Origin: an uncultured virus (IMG/VR IMGVR_UViG_2786546710_000002)
Lineage: Duplodnaviria; Heunggongvirae; Uroviricota; Caudoviricetes
Length of the DNA: 20,000 nt
Virus record (IMG/VR): IMGVR_UViG_2786546710_000002
Reading direction: 5' to 3' (one strand)
Part shown: positions 16,654 through 20,000 of the stretch, in pieces
Position numbering within the stretch: position 1 is the stretch's first letter
Layout of the letters: every line of letters begins with the position of its first letter
Made by a program: the position numbers and the translations under genes
Notes under the pieces: model-generated
Seen by the model: the letters and a program-made list of their open reading frames with translations, nothing else
The model's database searches: none
Told to the model about the DNA's origin: nothing

Positions 16654-16934
16654 TAATCTCTCCTAGCGTCTTTCTTACCATCAGCACGAGCAATTCTTTC
16701 TTCGTCTGGTGGTATATCAAGTGTATGTGAAACTAATACATCAAGTTTGATAATATCATTATTCATATTTTTAACTCTATTATCTAATTGTGTGATAATA
16801 GAATGTAAAGTTTGAACTTGACCGATGACTGAACCTAAAATATATCTAAGAATAATATAGATGAATACGCCCATAGCAAAAGAACCTGCAACAGGTAAAC
16901 CAAATTCAGCGAGTATAATTACAAATTGTTCCAT
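16653..16934 (-). CDS. Small membrane protein (TM plus coiled coil), paralog 1
   Basis: FGLP..GSFAMGVFIYII TM segment and RVKNMNNDIIKL. The start at 16934 is preferred because the track start at 16964 lies inside a terminator hairpin, upstream of the late promoter. Confidence 0.8.
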   Translation of the reverse strand: MEQFVIILAEFGLPVAGSFAMGVFIYIILRYILGSVIGQVQTLHSIITQLDNRVKNMNNDIIKLDVLVSHTLDIPPDEERIARADGKKDARRD

Positions 16935-16938
16935 GTAG

Positions 16939-16946
16939 TATTTATA
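16939..16946 (-). promoter_or_regulatory. T4-type late promoter (TATAAATA)
   Basis: Exact motif 4 nt before the ATG at 16934, just past a terminator. Confidence 0.8.
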
Positions 16947-16950
16947 CCAT

Positions 16951-16975
16951 AAAAAAGGGGTCACTAAGGACCCCT
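16951..16975 (-). terminator. Intrinsic terminator of the porin gene
   Basis: Minus strand AGGGGTC-CTTAGT-GACCCC followed by T6. Confidence 0.88.
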
Positions 16976-16998
16976 AATTTAAGTTGATATCTCAATGC

Positions 16999-17895
16999 TT
17001 AAAATACTATTTTTGTACCTACAGCATAGTTGTTTTGATCTTCTTCACTTGACGATACATTTTGCTCTAACTGATATTCAGCATAAACAGAAAATGCATT
17101 AGTGATTGGTTGATCAATACCAGCAGTTATGTAAGAATCGCCATCTACTATTTCGCCATATCCAACAGATATGTTTGCCACAGTTCCGACAATTTCATAA
17201 CCTTTTGTTTCAGTACCAGCACTATCTTTAATAGAGTAAGCGGCTGATATTGCAACATCTCCTAGATCGTGAGATCCAGAAACTGCCATGTAGTCTATTT
17301 CTGTATTGTTATCTTTTGAATAACCAACAGAAACTGGTCCCACAGTAGCAGATATTTCATACTTATCAATGTCTTTTGTATTGTCTGCCCCATCCATTTG
17401 AATAAGAGTAGAAACACTAGCAGGTCCAACGCCATTAGATATAACTAAAGTATTAGATAATCTACTACCTTGGTTTTGATCTGCATTAGAACCATATACA
17501 TTGAAAACATCTGTAGCGCCAGTGACAGCAGTAAATACTGAATCTTGACGACCTACACTAAATTTACCTAGATCACCTCCATCAACTCCTAGATATGCAA
17601 GTCTTGATGAAAATGTATCTGATCCAGAATCGTCAATATTAACACCGACTTCTAGTTTACCAAAAGCATTTACATCTGATACTTCAGAAATTGATAGACC
17701 AACTCTTGAAGCATTATTGCCAGACTTCCATACACCGTTGTTTGAGGTATCTTCATTATAGTAAGCCATGTAATTTAACTTACCATATATTTCAGCATTC
17801 ACATCTGGTATCGTTACCGTAGTTTCGGCGTATGATACAGAAAGGGATGCTGTTGCAACTGCGATAGCAGCCACAATAGACTTTATAGAACTCAT
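16999..17895 (-). CDS. Phage-encoded Gram-negative outer-membrane porin
   Basis: Sec signal peptide (SVSYA), IYGKL, N.SRVG, SRLAYLG...G.FSVGRQ classical porin motifs, amphipathic strands and a C-terminal VGTKIVF. AAGGAG RBS. Confidence 0.9.
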   Translation of the reverse strand: MSSIKSIVAAIAVATASLSVSYAETTVTIPDVNAEIYGKLNYMAYYNEDTSNNGVWKSGNNASRVGLSISEVSDVNAFGKLEVGVNIDDSGSDTFSSRLAYLGVDGGDLGKFSVGRQDSVFTAVTGATDVFNVYGSNADQNQGSRLSNTLVISNGVGPASVSTLIQMDGADNTKDIDKYEISATVGPVSVGYSKDNNTEIDYMAVSGSHDLGDVAISAAYSIKDSAGTETKGYEIVGTVANISVGYGEIVDGDSYITAGIDQPITNAFSVYAEYQLEQNVSSSEEDQNNYAVGTKIVF

Positions 17896-17950
17896 AATGT
17901 TCTCCTTGATTTAATTTTGATATCTCATTGTTTCATAAAAACAATACTAT

Positions 17951-17958
17951 TATTTATA
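17951..17958 (-). promoter_or_regulatory. T4-type late promoter (TATAAATA) for the porin
   Basis: Exact motif between the gp32 terminator and the porin RBS. Confidence 0.78.
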
Positions 17959-17978
17959 AAAACGAATCACTAGGACAT

Positions 17979-18010
17979 AAAAAAAGGGGTTCAGCATAAC
18001 CGAACCCCTT
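17979..18010 (-). terminator. Intrinsic terminator of gene 32
   Basis: Minus strand AAGGGGTTC-GGTTATGCT-GAACCCC followed by T7. Confidence 0.88.
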
Positions 18011-18033
18011 AATGTACAGAACAGGTGGAGAGA

Positions 18034-18936
18034 TTAAGCGTCCTCTTCCGCCAGTTTACTGAAATAATCAAGCGTTTCATCGCTGTCATCATCAACTGGA
18101 GAGGATGTATCTACTGTTTCTTGTACTACTGGTGCAACTGCTTCGGTTACAGGTGGGATTGCAACATCTTCGGCAGTGCCAGAATTCCCTGAACCAGTTA
18201 AAACTTTATCAAGTTTTGCTTTTAGCTCATCATAAGATTTAAAGTTTTCGGGTGCAAGGAATGGTTTAAGAGGAAACTGTTTGTTCCATATTTCCTCAAT
18301 TGATTCATCATTGTCTGCAATAGCAGAAGAACTATCAAATTCAGATTTATCATAGTTCCAGAATCCATCAACTTTTCTGATCTTTAGTTTAAAGTTTGCA
18401 CCTTCCCAAAAATCAAATGGGTTGATAGGATTCTCATCTTCAAATTCAGGTTTCATCGCTTCAGTAATCTTATCAAAGATTTTCTTACCGAACTTAAATA
18501 ATTTAATTTGACCTTCATTTTCAGGATGTTTAGAATCACTAACGATTAAGACATTTGCAATATAAGATAATTTTCTTTTTCTTTTTCTTGCAATATCTTT
18601 GTCTGCCTCAACACCAGAATTCCATAGTAAACTATTTGATTCACTTACTGGATCTTTTTTGTTGAGTGTAGTTAAACTGTTCTCAATAAACCAACCACCA
18701 GGACCTTGAAAGGCATGAGACCATAATCTTGCCCATGGTAAATCTTCATCTTTTACAGCAGGTAAAAATCTAAGAACGGCATACCCGTTGCCAGTCTTAT
18801 CTAATTCTGGTTTCCAGAAACGATCATCTGCATAAGAATTCTTTTGTTTTTGAGGTTCGGCGACTTTTGATAATTCGCCAATGAGTGTGTCTAGATTAGA
18901 CTTTGACCTTTTTAAGGCCGCTATACTTGTATTCAT
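18034..18936 (-). CDS. 32: T4-like single-stranded DNA-binding protein gp32
   Basis: DDRFWKPELDKTGNGYAVLRFLPA, HAFQGPGGWFIENSLTTL, RKRKLSYIAN, FGKKIFDKI, PFDFWEGANFKLKIRKVDG..NYDKSEF and an acidic tail LDYFSKLAEED. Confidence 0.97.
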   Translation of the reverse strand: MNTSIAALKRSKSNLDTLIGELSKVAEPQKQKNSYADDRFWKPELDKTGNGYAVLRFLPAVKDEDLPWARLWSHAFQGPGGWFIENSLTTLNKKDPVSESNSLLWNSGVEADKDIARKRKRKLSYIANVLIVSDSKHPENEGQIKLFKFGKKIFDKITEAMKPEFEDENPINPFDFWEGANFKLKIRKVDGFWNYDKSEFDSSSAIADNDESIEEIWNKQFPLKPFLAPENFKSYDELKAKLDKVLTGSGNSGTAEDVAIPPVTEAVAPVVQETVDTSSPVDDDSDETLDYFSKLAEEDA

Positions 18937-19009
18937 ATATGTTGTATCTCCTTGTATATTTGTATGTATGTATTTGTATATATTGTGTGCTGTATCATTC
19001 GCACATAGT

Positions 19010-19017
19010 TATTTATA
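19010..19017 (-). promoter_or_regulatory. T4-type late promoter (TATAAATA) for gene 32
   Basis: Exact motif 73 nt upstream of the gp32 ATG. Confidence 0.78.
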
Positions 19018-19033
19018 ACACTTTTAAGATTAT

Positions 19034-19062
19034 ATTATAACATTTTTTGACAATAGAGTCAA
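19034..19062 (-). promoter_or_regulatory. Sigma70-type (early) promoter for gene 32
   Basis: TTGACT (19062-19057), a 17-nt spacer and TATAAT (19039-19034). Confidence 0.8.
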
Positions 19063-19226
19063 GCATTTTCATTCTTTAACCAAAGATATTGACCCTTTGT
19101 TATCTCTCTTTTTTCATCATAAGCATTCATTTCTAACTTATGTATTTTTGCTTCAAGTTCGGCAATCTTTACATCTTTCTGCTGACATTCGGCTTCTTTA
19201 CTATAATATAATGCCATATAATCCAT
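19059..19226 (-). CDS. Small coiled-coil hypothetical protein; missing from the ORF track
   Basis: Manual translation: MDYMALYYSKEAECQQKDVKIAELEAKIHKLEMNAYDEKREITKGQYLWLKNENA* (55 aa). GAGG RBS; it starts 1 nt after the oxygenase stop. Confidence 0.65.
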   Translation of the reverse strand: MDYMALYYSKEAECQQKDVKIAELEAKIHKLEMNAYDEKREITKGQYLWLKNENA

Positions 19227-19227
19227 A

Positions 19228-19857
19228 TTATTCTTCCTCTTTAGGCGGTCTTAGTAGATCACAATTATAAGATAATGTTCTTCTTGTTTCTTCGGTACCA
19301 TTAAATGGATAAACACCATGTAGCATAGTATAAGGAAATACAAAGAACTCACCTGGTTGAGCATTAACTCTAAGTTGAGATATTGATAGCGTATCTTGTT
19401 GACCGCCAACAAATTCTAACATACCATTACATGGATCTTCTGGTTTAGTTACCTCTTTACCATATGTAGTAGGTTTTTTCAAAACTAGCACAGATGATAA
19501 ACCTAAATCAGTTTCTTCGCTTGTATGATAATGAAAAGGATTGTATTCGTTTGCTCTCATTTCATTTATCCATACAGTATTTAAAGTAGGAACCCAATAT
19601 GGTTTTTGTATGTGTTTCATATATGCTTGAAAACAACCTAAGAAAATTTCTTTCATCTTGTCAGTCATTAAATCATTGACTAGATTTTCTTCTGCTATTT
19701 TACCTGCAAGTCTATCATTCCATTTTTCTAAATCATTTGCTTCATCATATGCTTTATTAATTTCATCAATCATTTTCATAGGTAAATTATATTTTACAAC
19801 AAAACTTCCTAACACATAAGGTCGCATTGTTATTTCGTGTCTATTATCTTCGCTCAT
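19228..19857 (-). CDS. Putative 2OG-Fe(II) oxygenase
   Basis: W.N......YNPFHYH, LSSVLVL, G.LEF, PGEFFVFP..MLHGVYPF and RRTLSYN double-stranded beta-helix motifs. The start at 19857 overlaps the upstream stop (ATGA). Confidence 0.85.
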   Translation of the reverse strand: MSEDNRHEITMRPYVLGSFVVKYNLPMKMIDEINKAYDEANDLEKWNDRLAGKIAEENLVNDLMTDKMKEIFLGCFQAYMKHIQKPYWVPTLNTVWINEMRANEYNPFHYHTSEETDLGLSSVLVLKKPTTYGKEVTKPEDPCNGMLEFVGGQQDTLSISQLRVNAQPGEFFVFPYTMLHGVYPFNGTEETRRTLSYNCDLLRPPKEEE

Positions 19858-19949
19858 AGTGTAATCCATCCTTCTGCTAATGCTATTAAAAGACTAATAA
19901 ATGGTATTAAACCAAGTAGAAAGAAAATTAATCGTTCTTTACTACTCAT
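19854..19949 (-). CDS. 31-aa single-TM microprotein; missing from the ORF track
   Basis: Manual translation: MSSKERLIFFLLGLIPFISLLIALAEGWITL*. GGTGG upstream; overlaps both neighbouring genes. Confidence 0.6.
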   Translation of the reverse strand: MSSKERLIFFLLGLIPFISLLIALAEGWITL

Positions 19950-20000
19950 GTTCACCACCTTTACCTCTTGTAAGAATGCCATCAACTTTTTTTCTTTGTA
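19942..20000 (-). CDS. C-terminus of an unidentified gene entering from the window edge
   Basis: Open frame ...QRKKVDGILTRGKGGEHE* overlapping the next start. Confidence 0.4.
   Translation of the reverse strand, partial: QRKKVDGILTRGKGGEHE

Noticed and set aside
18937..18995. TGTAT repeats as a CRISPR array or iterons
   Set aside because: Units are 5 nt with irregular short spacing and no spacers; their position fits an mRNA leader better.
1..20000. tRNA, rRNA, integrase, transposase, or stop-codon reassignment
   Set aside because: None was recognised. Intergenic gaps are short, and genes read through intact with the standard code, with TAA, TAG and TGA all used as stops.

Overview
The window is entirely AT-rich phage DNA and appears to come from two different phages joined at about 15,906. 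Left arm (1 to ~15,906): a small dsDNA-phage layout. A Prim-Pol primase-polymerase and a Cro-like gene are transcribed divergently from a recombination and nucleotide-metabolism operon (Sak4-like ATPase, DUF669-type SSB, Cas4-like nuclease, DUF1937-like protein, dNMP kinase). A lysis cluster (holin, GH24 lysozyme) follows, then a convergent ~3,000-aa polyvalent/virion-ejection-type protein with two HExxH metallopeptidase motifs and an ADP-ribosyltransferase-like domain. Right arm (~15,907 to 20,000): a T4-like myovirus region resembling marine pelagimyophages. It carries a 2OG-Fe(II) oxygenase, gp32, a porin, two paralogous small membrane proteins and a curli CsgF-like gene, with four TATAAATA late promoters and two intrinsic terminators. 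The called 3,174-aa ORF is a CsgF-like N-terminus fused in frame to the giant protein. This is most likely an assembly chimera, but it would be a remarkable system if reads support it. Ns occur only between ~604 and 10,083, and many of those checked sit at third codon positions, which suggests masked population SNPs. All family assignments come from motif recognition by eye; no database searches were run.
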